Below are positions 37,423 through 50,539 of a stretch of DNA of 64,000 nucleotides, in pieces. The position numbers and the translations under genes are program-made. Below the pieces are notes generated by a model. That model was not told the DNA's origin. It made no database searches and saw only the letters and a program-made list of their open reading frames with translations. Every line of letters starts with the position of its first letter. Position 1 is the first letter of the stretch. Origin of the DNA: Octopus sinensis (taxonomy: Eukaryota); NCBI RefSeq assembly GCF_006345805.1, contig NC_043002.1, positions 58,962,001 to 59,026,000 of the forward strand, read 5' to 3'.

Positions 37423-37880
37423 ACCATCATCTCTTCTCTCTTTTTCCAAAAGGGGCAGCCACGTGTTCCCTCTGCAACTAGACATCTGTTCTTGTTTCCC
37501 TATCATACATTAACTTCTCATCAGCTGATATAAAGCCAACCCCTTCAATACTTACACCCCTTTGTTGTGTGTGTAGGGGGTCTTGCCTTGCAAATTACTT
37601 GGTGACCTCACTGTTATCAGTGCCACGTAAAAAGCACCTAGTACACCGAGTGGATAGCATTAAGAAGGGGCACCCAGCTGTAGAAACCCTGCCAAAAGCA
37701 GACACCGACATTTTGTGCAATCCTCTGACTTGCCAGCTCTTGTCAAACCATCCAACTCATGCCAGCATGGAAAATGGGTATTAAATGATGGTGATGATGA
37801 TGATAGGCATCTTTCATTTTTAGTTTTAATCAAACAAATCGACCCCAGAACATTTATTCTTCAAAACCTGGCACTTATTT
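37423..37880 (+). repeat. Second copy of composite segment 2193-2600
   Basis: Colinear, and carries two short blocks (~37 and ~13 nt) absent from the 2.2-kb copy. Confidence 0.9.
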
Positions 37881-38619
37881 GTTTCTTACACACACACACA
37901 CTTATATGTGCATACACACACATACACACATACACACACTCACACATACACACTCATACACAAACATACACACTCACACACATATACACACATACACTCA
38001 TATGCACACACACACACTCACACACACAATCACACACATATACACACACATTCACAGACATACACACACACTCACACACACATCAAACTCAGTGCTCGAC
38101 TGGTGTTTATTTTATTGATCCCCTAAATGGGACAAGCGGCAAAGCTGACCTTGGTGGAATTTGAACTCAGAACATAAAGGTGAATGATATGGCCAAGTAT
38201 TTTTGCCCAGCATGCTAACGGTTCAGCCAGCTTTGCTGTCTTAGACTACTGTTTATATGTCAATAGACAAAGACACTGTCAAAGACATACACTTACACTC
38301 TCTCTCTCTCTCTGTTTCACACACACACACACACTCATACACATACACACTTGTACACACAGACATACACTCACCCACATACACACACATATACTGTTAT
38401 AGACAAACACACACACAGTGCTAGAAAGGGAGAGGGGTAGGTCGTACATAGAGACTCACAAAGAGGCCCTTACTACAAGACAGAGGTATCTCTGTGAACA
38501 GATTCCTTTATAGAAGACTTGGCTCTCGGTGTGTGTGTGTACTGGTGTTTGTGTGTTTGTGTGATTGTGTGTACTGGTGTGTGTGTGCTTGTGTGTGCAT
38601 ATATGTGTGTGTGTGTGTA

Positions 38620-38640
<21 letters not shown>

Positions 38641-38650
<10 letters not shown>

Positions 38651-39322
38651 GTGTACTAGTGTTTGTGTGTATACTAGTGTGTGTGCGTGCATGTGTGTGT
38701 GTTTATGTGTATGTGTGTGTTTGTACATGTGTGTGCATGTATGTGTGTTTATGTGTATGTATGTGTGTGCCTGTGTTTGTGTGTGTGTGTGTATGTGCAG
38801 GTTTGTGTGTGGATGTATGTGCATGTGGATGTCTAGATGTGTGCATATGTGTATGCATATTTTGTGTATGTGTGTGTGTGTAGATGCATATACATGGGAA
38901 TGTGAAGATGTGTGTCTATGTATCTGTGAAAGTTTGTGGATATATGTGTGTGTGGATGTATGTGTGGATGTATGTGTGTGTGTGTGTGTGTGGTGTGTGT
39001 GTGTGTGTACTAGTGTTTGTGTGTATACTAGTGTGTGTGCGTGCATGTGTGTGTGTTTATGTGTATGTGTGTGTTTGTACATGTGTGTGCATGTATGTGT
39101 GTTTATGTGTATGTATGTGTGTGCCTGTGTTTGTGTGTGTGTGTGTATGTGCAGGTTTGTGTGTGGATGTATGTGCATGTGGATGTCTAGATGTGTGCAT
39201 ATGTGTATGCATATTTTGTGTATGTGTGTGTGTGTAGATGCATATACATGGGAATGTGAAGATGTGTGTCTATGTATCTGTGAAAGTTTGTGGATATATG
39301 TGTGTGTGGATGTATGTGTGGA

Positions 39323-39350
<28 letters not shown>
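38641..39350. repeat. 354-bp tandem duplication inside a cryptic (TG)n array
   Basis: The interrupted pattern TACTAGTGTTTGTGTGTATACTAG..GGGAATGTGAAGATG..GAAAGTTTGTGG recurs at 38654 and 39008. Confidence 0.9.
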
Positions 39351-39353
<3 letters not shown>

Positions 39354-39784
39354 ATGGAAGGCAGACACACAGATATATCAGCTACACCACCATTAATACC
39401 TCATCCATGACAACCTACAATGACAGCACAGAAATACATACAGCAACAACAACAACAACAACTACAACAACACCAGGAACACATACAACTTTGACAACAA
39501 CCCAGGACTATATATAGCTGTAATAACAAACCTCTTATCAGTCCCCTCTAACAACGCCCACTCCTTCATATTTGATACCAACCCTCAATCCTCTCTAACA
39601 TTCCATATCCAAGTGCCATCCACAAACAACACAGACCCCTCAAACGAAATCTACATGGATTCCATGTATGTGGACCTTGAAAATATATCTGCTTATCCTC
39701 TAACAGGGTCATTCTAGTCTTGAATTCTTCAACAAAGAAGTGCTGCAACGATTGCCCCATAGAGTAAAGTAAGTCCCTTGGACA

Positions 39785-40053
39785 CACTAGTGTAGCTAGA
39801 GTATGTGCCACCCGGGGCGGTCCTTCCATTTGCCATCCCTGGACTCCACAAAAAAACCCACATATTGCCTACAGCAGACCCAAAAGTAACATCCCTTTAA
39901 AAGTGCCACCCTGGATGTCCCTTCCGTTTGCCTCCCCCAGACCCCATAAAAAAAGGCCACATATTGCCTTCAGCAGACCCAAAAGTACTGTCCCTTTAAA
40001 AGTGGCACCCAGGATGGACCGCTCCTATCCCCCCCCCTCCAGCTGCACTAGTG
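39785..40053. mobile_element. 269-bp MITE with CACTAGTG termini and a perfect 8-bp TSD
   Basis: TIR CACTAGTGTAGCTAGAG / CTCCAGCTGCACTAGTG (15/17). TSD CTTGGACA at 39777-39784 and 40054-40061. Internal ~96-bp direct repeat. Confidence 0.85.
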
Positions 40054-40911
40054 CTTGGACATTACTGTTTTGGATCTTTGGACACAGAGTATCGGTTACC
40101 CAGTTTCCACAGTGTCCATGATCAAACTCCCACCCTCCCCTAAATGGGATGCCAGTCTGATACAGGGCTACTCATTTACAGGTGAATGGGCTGAAGAGAT
40201 GTTAAATAAAGTGTCTTGGCCAAGAGTACCATGCTCTACCCAGGTTGGGAATTGAAACCGCAATCTTATGATCATGAGTGCAACACCTAAAAGTTAGGCT
40301 GCATGCCTTTACATTGCCACATACCTTTTACTTTCTGTCTTTTTATTTGTTTCAGTCATGAGACTTTGGCCATGCTGGGGTATTGCTTGGAAGAATTTTT
40401 AGTCAAACGAATCAACCCCAGTACTTATTCTATCGATCTCCTTTGCTGAACTACTAAGTTATGGGATGTAAACACACCAACAGCAGTTGACAAACAGTGG
40501 CGGGGGTCAAACACACACACTGACATATATATGCCATGGGCTTCTTTCAGTTTCTGTCTACCAAATCCACTCATAACACTTTGATTGGCCAAAGGCTATA
40601 GTAGAAAACATTTACCCAAGGTGCCATGCAGTGGAACTGAACTTGGAACAATGAGAATATATGGAACTAGAACTGTCAATACCATTCTAAATGATTTAAC
40701 CAATACTGCTGGAATATGTTCTCTGTAACTGGAATACATCTTCAACATAGCAAAGACTGAACCTCAAAGATGGCTCTACCTCTTCAAAGCCAGAAAATAC
40801 TTTTTTCTGTAATAATTATTAACTCTTTTACAAGGCTCAGGCGACACACCCTGTGGAGTAGTGTTCCCACATCAGCATTGTGTTGCTGCTACACATGCAG
40901 ATGTCCTCAAT

Positions 40912-41266
40912 CAGTGGTTCTCAACAGGAATCCATATTACCTCTGGGGTCTCCATGCAAGCAAAATAGCAAATTAGGGATTTACCATAGTATTTTAAGGG
41001 CCCATAAAAAGATTTTGCTTTAGACATACTTATTGCAAGACACAGCTAGTGTCTTAACTTAATTCAACATGTTTCTGACCATTGAAACATGTTCCGTCAG
41101 GGGGTGTAATTGCAAACCTACACAAGTGAATGGGTGATAAATGAAATTGGAATTTTGAAAGAAATATCAGTAAAACTGAATGGCCAGTGGGCAGGTTGGT
41201 GGGGCACTAGAGTAAAATGGTAATCAAAGGGGTGCATAGATAAAAAAATATGGTTGAAAACCACTG
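40912..41266. mobile_element. hAT-like MITE
   Basis: Termini CAGTGGTTCTCAAC / GTTGAAAACCACTG. No TSD recognisable. Confidence 0.55.
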
Positions 41267-43478
41267 CATTAGAGTCTCATATGAAATGCTTCATGGTATT
41301 TGTTCTAGATCTCTGCACTCTTAGTTCAAATCACACCAAAGTCGCTGTTGACTTTTATCCCTTCAGGGCCAATAAAAAATGGTTAGGAACCACTGTCTAA
41401 GATTGTGTCTAAAGAAAGTTCACAGCTGGTAGGCATATAGTTACCAACCAATATACTTTCTATATACATTCAATCTATTCAATATCACTCAAAGGGTATG
41501 GGCTGACCCAAGGTTATAGAATATGTCATTTTTGCCCAACTTCCCCAGGCTGGATTATGACCCATAGAGGCCCTAAGCACTTAAAAGATTTTAGTGCTCC
41601 CATATACATGTAATTCAAAATATAAACAATAATAAACCACCAAAAATAATATGATTTTTCAAAATGAAACAGGAAGATGGAAAAATAATGCTTATTTTTG
41701 TATATTTGCATGTATTCATTTATATTTGAAAAGTTTTCTCTCCACATTTTAAAATGCAAAGTCTTTCATCAGATGAAATTGATCTTACGAAACATCTGTT
41801 CCTATATACTCAGTAGAAATAAAGCAACCTGGATATTATTTTAGCAAGTCTAAAGTGATTTGTTTTGTGCTGTAAATCCTTTACCATTTCTGTGGTGCCT
41901 CCCCGACTTCCCCTGGTACCCATAAGCACATGCTTGTTTTGCTTAACGGTTAATCCAGTACTGCATGTCACCATGCAGTGAACTTGAACCTGAAGTCTAA
42001 GGGTTGCAAAACAAATTTCTTAACCATCTGGTCATACTGTACCTTCCATACAACGACAATGTGCAACTGAACTAACACAGCAACAAGCTCTGTGTGTATC
42101 AAAATGCTTCTAGTGTTTAATTGAATGAAATCAATGTTTGTTTTCTAATTTCCTCTCTTGTGAATGGACAGTCTGTAACAGTGCTATATTTGTTAAACAT
42201 TCCATCCAAAAAAACTGGTCAGCCAGCCAAATAACAGCAAACACAGTTAGAGACCTTGATCAAGGACATACCACAATGGCTACAGTAAGATTTAAATTTA
42301 TAAACATATGGTCAATACTTTAGCACTTTGTCAAAAGCATTAACTAACCCTTTTGTTGCCATATTTCAGTGGAAATACTCTGCCTTTGTATTAATTACTT
42401 TTGCAAATAACAAAACTTTCATTAAAACAACTTTGTCCTCGTTAAGCTGGTGTTTGGAACATAAATTAACATGAAATTTTGATGGCAGGTGCTCATTTGG
42501 ATCACTTTAATCCTTTTGCTACCATACTTCTGTTCAAATACACTAGCTTTGTTTCAATTACTTTTGAGGATCGCTTTAATTCATAAGTTTAAGTCATCTT
42601 GAACTCAGAACATAAAAGTCAGAATAAATGCCACTAAGCATTCTATTTGGAATGGTAACAACTCTACCAGTTGGTTGCTTTTATTAATAATGAAATATTG
42701 GGTTTGCATTTTGGCACAAGGCTAGAAAATTCAGGGAGGTGGTAAGTTGATGATATTAACCCCAGTGATCAACTGGTACTTATTACTGACCCCTGAAAGA
42801 ATGAAAGCCAAAGTCAACCCTGGCAGTAGTTAAACTCAGTATGTAAAGTAAAAAAAAAAAATGCTACTTAGTATTTTTGTCTGGAATGGCAATGGTTCTG
42901 TCAGCTTGCAGCTTTATAATATCATCATCACCACCATCATCATCATCATCATCAACATCATCACCACCACCACCACACCACCACCACCACCACCACCACC
43001 ACCACCACCACCACCACCATCATCACCATCATCATTTAATGTCCGCTTTCCATGCTGGCATGGGTTGGACAGTTTGACTGGGGACTGGTGAGCCAGTTGG
43101 CTGCACGGGGCTCCGATCTGATCAATAATAGAATATTATTAAAAAGACACAAGTGTGTAAGAAAGAAAGAGAAAGACATGACTGTCTTTTGCCGTTTAAT
43201 ATTTTATCTGCTGCTATTCATATGAACAAATAGTTTATAATAAATAGTCCTGGTTTTTATGAGACAAATTAGCAAAGGACTTTGTAACTGAATTGAAACA
43301 AACTGAATGGAAAAATACTAATACTAATAAAAGTCTTCTTGTGAACATGACCTGTGTATTACTGTCAGTAGCAATTTGTGCTGGACAAAGCAGATCTCTA
43401 AAATTGTCAAGAAGGATGAGGGTGTCTTAACATCACTCAGTAAGACCTTTGGCAGCTGCTCTCCAGCTATCTTTTTAA

Positions 43479-43699
43479 CCCTTTCGTTACTGTATTTATT
43501 TTGAGATGCTCTGTGTTTCTTTCAATTACTTTAAATATAACAAAGAATTTAGTAAAATAACTTAGTTATCAATAAGCTAATGTTAGGAACATAAAATGTG
43601 ACTAAGATTTGGTGGAAGACTTTAATTCAAAACTTATGAAAACAAAACATTTGTACTACAGAGCCAGAGCTGGTTTCAGCTGGGTTGGTAATGAAAGGG
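43479..43699. mobile_element. Monomeric piggyBac-like MITE
   Basis: TTAA|CCCTTTCGTTAC..ATGAAAGGG|TTAA. Same family as 13217-13687. Confidence 0.85.
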
Positions 43700-43704
43700 T
43701 TAAG

Positions 43705-44320
43705 GCTGTATATATGGGTATGGTGTGGCCACACTTGGAATTTGCATCACCAGTCTGCAACCCTTATCTTGCTCAGAACATTGACCTCCTGGAAACTTCA
43801 GAGATGCGCAACCAAGTGAATACCCTCCATCAGGCATCTACCATACTCTGAATGCCTTGCTTCACTGGGCATGGATACACTGGAGCTCCAACATCTGGCA
43901 ACTGACTTGGTAAACATCCACACAATTATTAACCATCGTGCCAACAAACACCTTGAGCACCTTTTTGAATTCCATGTGTCTAACACATGTGGGTATGCCT
44001 ACAAAGTCAGAAAACAGCACAGCTCCCATGACTTTCGGATCCATTTTTTTCACAACCAGAGTTGCTGAAGCATGGAACAAGCTACATGCATCAGTTGTTA
44101 GTTGCCAATACATTGCATCCTTTAAAACCTCCATGCTTCCTGCAATTCGCCAACACTACACCTGATATCCCACCCTCCATATGCATGCACACATGTACAT
44201 CATGTCTCATACACTGTACCCTTTCCTGACTTTTGTATATAATTCTATGAATGGTACATGCACCTCTGATAGGTTGTAGTGCACCTGAGCATTATACACA
44301 ATAATTTCATTATTATTATT
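43705..44320 (+). mobile_element. CR1-clade LINE 3' fragment
   Basis: MVWPHLEFASPVCNPYLAQNIDLLE..RIHFFTTRVAEAWNKL. 3'UTR ..GTGCACCTGAGCATTATACACAATAATTTCATTATTATT matches the end of 21215-21705. Confidence 0.8.
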
Positions 44321-44746
44321 ATACTAAATAAAATAAAGGCGGTTCACATTGTGTGGGTAGTGGGTATGAAGTTGGCTTCCCAACCATGTGGTTTCAGGTT
44401 CACTCTCACTGCATGGTACTTGGGAAAATTTTTTCTATTATAGCCCTAGGCCAACCAAAGCATTTTGAGTGCATTTTGTAGATAGAAACTGCAAGAAGCC
44501 TGTCATGTATACATGTGTATACATATCTCTTTACTCTTTTACTTGTTTCAGTCATGTGACTGTGGCCATGCTGGAGCACTGCCTTTTAGTTGAGCAAATC
44601 AACCCCAGGACTTATTGTTTGTAAGCCTAGTACTTATTCTATCGGTCTCTCTTGCCAAACCGCTGAGTTACGGGGACGTAAACACACCAGCATCGGTTGC
44701 CAGTGATGTTGGAGGGACAAACACAGACACACAAACATATACACGC

Positions 44747-44789
<43 letters not shown>

Positions 44790-46416
44790 CATATATACGG
44801 CGGGCTTCTTTCAGTTTCCATCTACCAAATCCACTCACAAGGCTTTGGTCAGCTCGAGGCTATAGTAGAAGACACTTGCCCAGGGTGCCACACAGTGGGA
44901 CTGAACCTGGAACCTTGTGGTTCGTAAGCAAGCTACTTACCACACAGCCACTCCTATGCCTATACTTACCACACAGCCACTCCTACAATAATATATATAT
45001 ATACATATATGTCTCCTGACTGGCTCCTGTGCCAATGGCATGTAAAAAGCACCATTCGAGCATAGTGGATGCCTGTGCCACCTGACTGGCCCCCGTGCTG
45101 GTGGCATGTAAAAAGCACCATTCTAGCATGGTTGATGCCAGTGCCACCTGACTGGTCTCCATACTGGTGGCATGTAAAAAGCACCCACTACTCTCTCGGA
45201 AGGGTTGGTGTTAGGAAGGGCATCCAGCTGTAGAAACCTTGCCAGACCAGATTGGAGCCTGGTGCAGTCTCTGGCTTCTCACTCCTCAATCAAACCGTCC
45301 AACCCATGCCAGCATAGAAAGTGGACATTAAACGAGGATGATGATGATGATGATGTGTCTGTGTGTATGTGTGTGTGTGTGTGTGTGTATCATCATCATC
45401 ATCATATAATGTCCATTTTCCGTACTGGCATGGGTTTGATGGGTTGACAAGAATCTGATGTGTCCAAGGCTGACATTGAACACCAATGTCTGCTTTCCAA
45501 AAATGGTGATGAGAGCCAACATTTCCATGTAGCATGTTTGAACAATTGTGAACATCTTTTCACTTGAGACCATTGGTAGCCTTGTTAACTCACAAATAAA
45601 TGTGGAGTTGAGCAGCACTCATTGTCACTGTTCAATATTAGTGCATGCTAAATCAGACTGGAGTCTGGTGTAGTCCTCAGATTGCCAGCTCTGGTCACAC
45701 TGTCCAGCCCATGCCAGCATGGACAATGGATTTTAAATTATGATGATGATGATATATATATATCATCATCATCACTATTTTAAAACCCATTTTTCCATGC
45801 CTGCATGGGTTGGATGGAATTTTTGGAGGCAGATTTTCTAAGCTGGATACCCTTCCAGTCACCAACTCTCATTTGTTTTCAAGTAAGATAATATTTCCCC
45901 ATGACCAGCTATATTTTCACAGATGATTGGTAATGAAGGACACAGCTTGCATGAGACACTTGTTTACAAAATGAAACAGTAACACACACATGTATGTATA
46001 TTTGGCACCCATGCTGGTGGCATGTAAAGAAAATTTGAGCATTGGGCCTCATGGAGGCAAAGTGACTGAGTTCCTTTCAAGTATTGGGCCACATGCAGCC
46101 AAAGTGGCCAAGTTCCTTTTGAGTGTTGGGCCTCATGGAGGCAATGACTAAGACCTTTGGTATTATGTTGCGCTTGAGAAGAAGATCCATCAAGTTGAGC
46201 AAAATTGCAGTTGCAGAAGATACCAGTGTCACGTAAGTGGCACCCATACTGGTGGCACATAAAGGGAGTTATTACACTCTTGGATTGGTTGGCGTTAGGA
46301 AGGACATTCATCCGTAGAAAACCATGTCAACTCAGACTGGAGTCTGGTGCAGTCTTCCAGCTTACCAGCCCTGGTTAAACCATCCAACCCATGCCAGCAT
46401 GGACAATGGACGTTAA

Positions 46417-46454
<38 letters not shown>

Positions 46455-46630
46455 ATAGGCCTTTGTGGATGCAAAACCATTGGTCACTCTATGACTGGAC
46501 ATAAAATTAACTACTAACAAATTGATTACTGCTCTATGCTTTAGAGTGTACACCTTTTATGGTTATGTGATAAATTGACGGCATATATACATATACACAC
46601 ACACACACATATATATATATGTGTATATAT

Positions 46631-47720
46631 ATCATCATCATCATCATCGTTTAACGTCCGGTTTCCATGCTAGCATGGGTTGGACGATTTTGACTGAGGG
46701 CTGGCGAACCAGATGGCTGCACCAGGCTCCAATCTTGATCTGGCAGGGTTTCTACAGCTGGATGCCCTTCCTAATGCCAACCACTCCAAGAGTGTAGTGG
46801 GTGCTTTTTACATGCCACCGGCACAGGGGTCAGTCAGGCGGTACTGGCAATGACCTTGCTCGAATCTTTTTACACATACCACCGGCACAGGTGCCAGTAA
46901 GGCGATGTTGGTAACGATCACGCTTGAATGGTGCCCTTTTACGTGCCACTAGCATGCATGGTAGCCAGTTCGCTGCCTTGGCAACGATTACGCTCGGATG
47001 GTGCTCTTGGCACCCTACTAACACAGGCACAAGTGCCAGTAAGGCGACGTTGGTAACAATCACACTCGAATGGTGCCTTTTATGTGCCACTGGCACAGAA
47101 GCCGGTTAGCCGCTCTGTCAACGATCACATTCGTATGGTGCTCTTTGCACCCCGCTAGCACGGATGCCAGTCATCGAATTTGATTTTGATTTCACTTGCC
47201 TCAACAGGTCTTCACAAGCAGAATTTAGTGTCCAAAGAAGTAAAGGTACGCATAAGTGGACTGGTTACGTTCCTGGCATAGGCTACAGGTTATGGTTTCA
47301 TTTAGCTTGCTGGGTCTTCTCAAGCACAGCATATTTCGAAAAAGTTTCGGTCACTAGTCATTTCCTTGGTGAGGCCTAATGTTTGAAGGTCGTGCTCCAC
47401 CACTTCATCCCAGGTCTTCCTGGGTCTACCTCTTCCACAGGTTCCCTCAATCGCTTGGGTGTGGCACTTTTTCACACAGCTATCCTCATCCATTCTCGCC
47501 AGATGACCATACCAGTGCAGTCGTCTCTCTTGCACACCACATCTAATGCTTCTTAGGTTCAACCTTTCTCTCAAGGTATACTCTGTCGAGTATGCATACT
47601 GACATTACACATCCATCGGATCATACTGGCTTCATTCCTTGCGAGCTTACACATGTACTCAGCAGTCACAGCCTATGTTTCACTGCCATGTAGCATGGCT
47701 GTTCATACACAAGCGTAGAC
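46631..47720 (-). mobile_element. 5'-truncated RTE (Expander/Rex3-like) LINE
   Basis: TAMLHGSET..RNEASMIRWMC..RERLNLRSIRCGVQERRLHWYGHLARMDEDSCVKKC..GRGRPRKTWDEVV, then a modular 3'UTR ending in (GAT)n at 46631. Confidence 0.85.
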
Positions 47721-47731
47721 TTTATTGGGTA

Positions 47732-47769
47732 CATCACATGTTTCGACCCATTCTGGGTCTCTTTGGGTG
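47732..47769 (-). ncRNA. Decayed minimal hammerhead motif
   Basis: Minus: CAC-CCAAAGA-GACCCA-gaa-TGGGTC-GAA-ACATGT-G-ATG. Perfect stem II and palindromic stem III, but the core and N17 are mutated. Confidence 0.45.
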
Positions 47770-48214
47770 CATTAATAAAATGTCTCACTGGAGATTTCTT
47801 GAGTCAGCTTACATACCACTATTTTATTAATACTGTTGCTCCAACCAGTACTAGGAAGTTCCTGCAATAAATCTACAGATAACAACAGGTAATCGAAACT
47901 GTTCCGGTACTTTACTCATCATCTATTTATATATATATATATTCTTTCAGTTTCCATCTACCAAATTCGTTTACAAAGCTTTGGTTGGCCCAAGATTATA
48001 GTAGAAGACACTTGCCCAAGGTGCTAAGCAGTGGGACTGAACCTAGAACCATGTGGTTAGGAAGCAAACGTCTTGCCATGCAGCTAATCCACACTAATCA
48101 TGTGCAGTGTTTCATCTGTTGCTGAGTTATCACCACAATAATGTTGACCCATACTGACCAATGATGGTCAAGCTCCTTTTGTTTTGTTTGATATATATAT
48201 AACTGCTCCCAGTT

Positions 48215-48610
48215 TTGGTCACTACATTGTGGCACTCTGTCAGTTATGAAGATGAGGGTTCCAGTTGATCCAATCAACTGAACAGCCTGCTCATGAAATT
48301 AACATGCAAGTGGCTGAGCACTCCACAGACATGTGTACCCTTAATGTAGTTCTCGGGAAGATTCAGCATAACACAGTGTGACAAGGTTGACCCCTTTGAA
48401 AATACAGGTACAACAGAAACAGGAAGAAAGAGTGAGAGAAAGTTGCGGTGAAAGAGTACAGCAGGGTCGCCACCTTCCCCTACCAGAGCTTCATGGAGAG
48501 CTTTAGGTGTTTTCGCTCAATAAACACCCACAACGCCTGGTCTGGGAATCGAAACTGTGATCGTATGACTGTATGTCCACTGCCTTAACCTCTGGGCTAT
48601 TGCACTTCCA
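48215..48610 (-). mobile_element. tRNA-derived SINE (head A + tail Y)
   Basis: Reverse complement similar to 49950-50337. Confidence 0.75.
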
Positions 48611-48627
48611 CAGTCACCACATAATAC

Positions 48628-49130
48628 CAAACTAACAGCAGAGCTTCAAGCAGTCCAATCCCACTACACTAAAATGATTGAAATACTGCAGAGGAAGAGC
48701 TACAGGGATAGGCTGAGAAAACTACAGTTTTACTCCCTGGAGCGAAGGGGTGAGAAATATACAATAATTTACATATGGAAAACTCTAGAAGGGCTAGTAC
48801 CTAATTTCGACATTGAGTGTTATACAAATGCCAGAACTGGCTGCCATTGTAATGTACTAAAGGTACCATCTACTCCATCTAAATTTAGGACCAGGTACTG
48901 GTTCAAAGGCCCACAGCCCTTCAATGCCCTGCCATAAAAATTTAGAAGTCTGCATAAGGTGGCAGCAGATGTCTTCAAAAAGGAACTAGACAACCTCCTC
49001 TCCACAAAATCCAACATGAGGTACAGACGAGGGCAGTGGGAGCAAATTCCCTTATACACCAAATGGACCAACAGCTGGGACAAAGGCACATACAGGAGTG
49101 GTGATTTGGAATGTCTCGGACTGAGGAAAT
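48628..49130 (+). mobile_element. CR1/jockey-group LINE 3' fragment (second family)
   Basis: ELQAVQSHYTKMI..SYRDRLRKLQFYSLERRGEKYTIIYIWKTLEGLVPN..FKGPQPFNALP..FKKELDNLL. Confidence 0.75.
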
Positions 49131-49780
49131 CAGAAAGACCACAATGGTGCTCCAGCATCACTGCAGAGTAAAAGAGTAAAATACATCATCATCATCATCA
49201 TCGTCGTCGTCGTCGTCATCGTTTAACGGCTGTTGCCCATGCTGGCATGGGTTGGACAGTTTGACTGTGCTGGCATGCTGGAAGGCTGTGCCAGGCTCCA
49301 GTCTGATTTGGCATGGTTTTCTATGGATGGATGACCTTCCTAATGCTAACCACTCCAAAAGTGTAATGGGTGTTTTTACGTGCCACTGGCACGGGTGCTG
49401 TTTGCGTGACACTGGTATCTGCCATGACTGTGATTTTGCTCGGCTTGATGGTTCTTCTTCTCAAGCATGACATAATGCCACAGGTCTTGGTCATTGCCTC
49501 CATAAGGCCCAGGCCCAATGCTCAAAAGGATCTCTGCGACTTGCCTCCATAAGGCTCAGCACTTGAAAGGAACTTAGCCATTTGCCTCCGTGGGACCTTA
49601 TATATATATACACACACACATATGTATGTATATATGTATGTGTGTATGTGTATGTATGCATACATTTTTTGCATGGCTGCATATATTTACATTTACATAT
49701 GGAAATATTTCATTATTTATGCATGAAGTATGTACACACAAATATATACATACATATATATATATATATATATAATATAT

Positions 49781-49823
<43 letters not shown>

Positions 49824-49949
49824 GCATACACACACATACACACGCATACTCATACAAACATGCGCACACAATATGTAAGTTACGAATGAAAATACACTAA
49901 CAATCATATCATCATATCAAGTCGTACATATATACATATATTTATATAT

Positions 49950-50337
49950 TGTGGAGGCCGAGTGGCCCAGTGGTTAGGGCATCGAACTCGGGGTTGTAGG
50001 ATCGCGATTTCGGTTCACAGATACGTTATGAGTGTTTATTGAGCGAAAACACCTAAAGCTCGACGAGGCTCCGGCAGGGAGGTGGGTGGTGGCGAATCCA
50101 GCTGTACACTTTCACCACAACTTTTTCTCACTCTTTCTTCCTGTTTCTGTTATACCTGTATTTTCAAAGGGGCTAGCCTTGTCACACTCTGTGTCACGCT
50201 GAGTCTTCTCAAGAACTACATTAAGGGTACACATGTCTGTGGAGTGCTCAGCAACTTGCACGTTAATTTCACGAGCAGGCTGTTTCGTTGATCGGATCAA
50301 CTGGAACCCTCGTCGTCGTAACCGACGGAGTGCCCCG
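49950..50337 (+). mobile_element. tRNA-derived SINE (head A + tail Y)
   Basis: Head GTGGAGGCCGAGTGGCCCAGTGGTTAGGGC and core GAGTGTTTATTGAGCGAAAACACCTAAAGCTC as in 28861-29171. Tail as in 29317-29640. Confidence 0.8.
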
Positions 50338-50345
50338 ATATTTAT

Positions 50346-50396
<51 letters not shown>

Positions 50397-50433
50397 AATA
50401 AAACGAAAAAATACAGTTTTTACACACACACAC

Positions 50434-50481
<48 letters not shown>

Positions 50482-50486
50482 TATAT

Positions 50487-50539
<53 letters not shown>

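Noticed and set aside
41745-41785. CAGATGA..GAAACATCTG hammerhead-like string
   Set aside because: Core mismatch, and no stem I or II pairing.
42043-42279. 237-nt minus-strand exon-like segment
   Set aside because: Good splice-like ends, but three to four stops in every frame, and it overlaps an equally plausible plus-strand candidate.
15350-42284. Short ARM-repeat/TERB1-like peptide resemblances at ~15350-15680, ~22680, ~26800-26950 and ~42172
   Set aside because: The matches are short, need stops or frameshifts, are not in colinear order, and are expected by chance at this search size. An HMMER/tBLASTn run would be needed to revive the idea.
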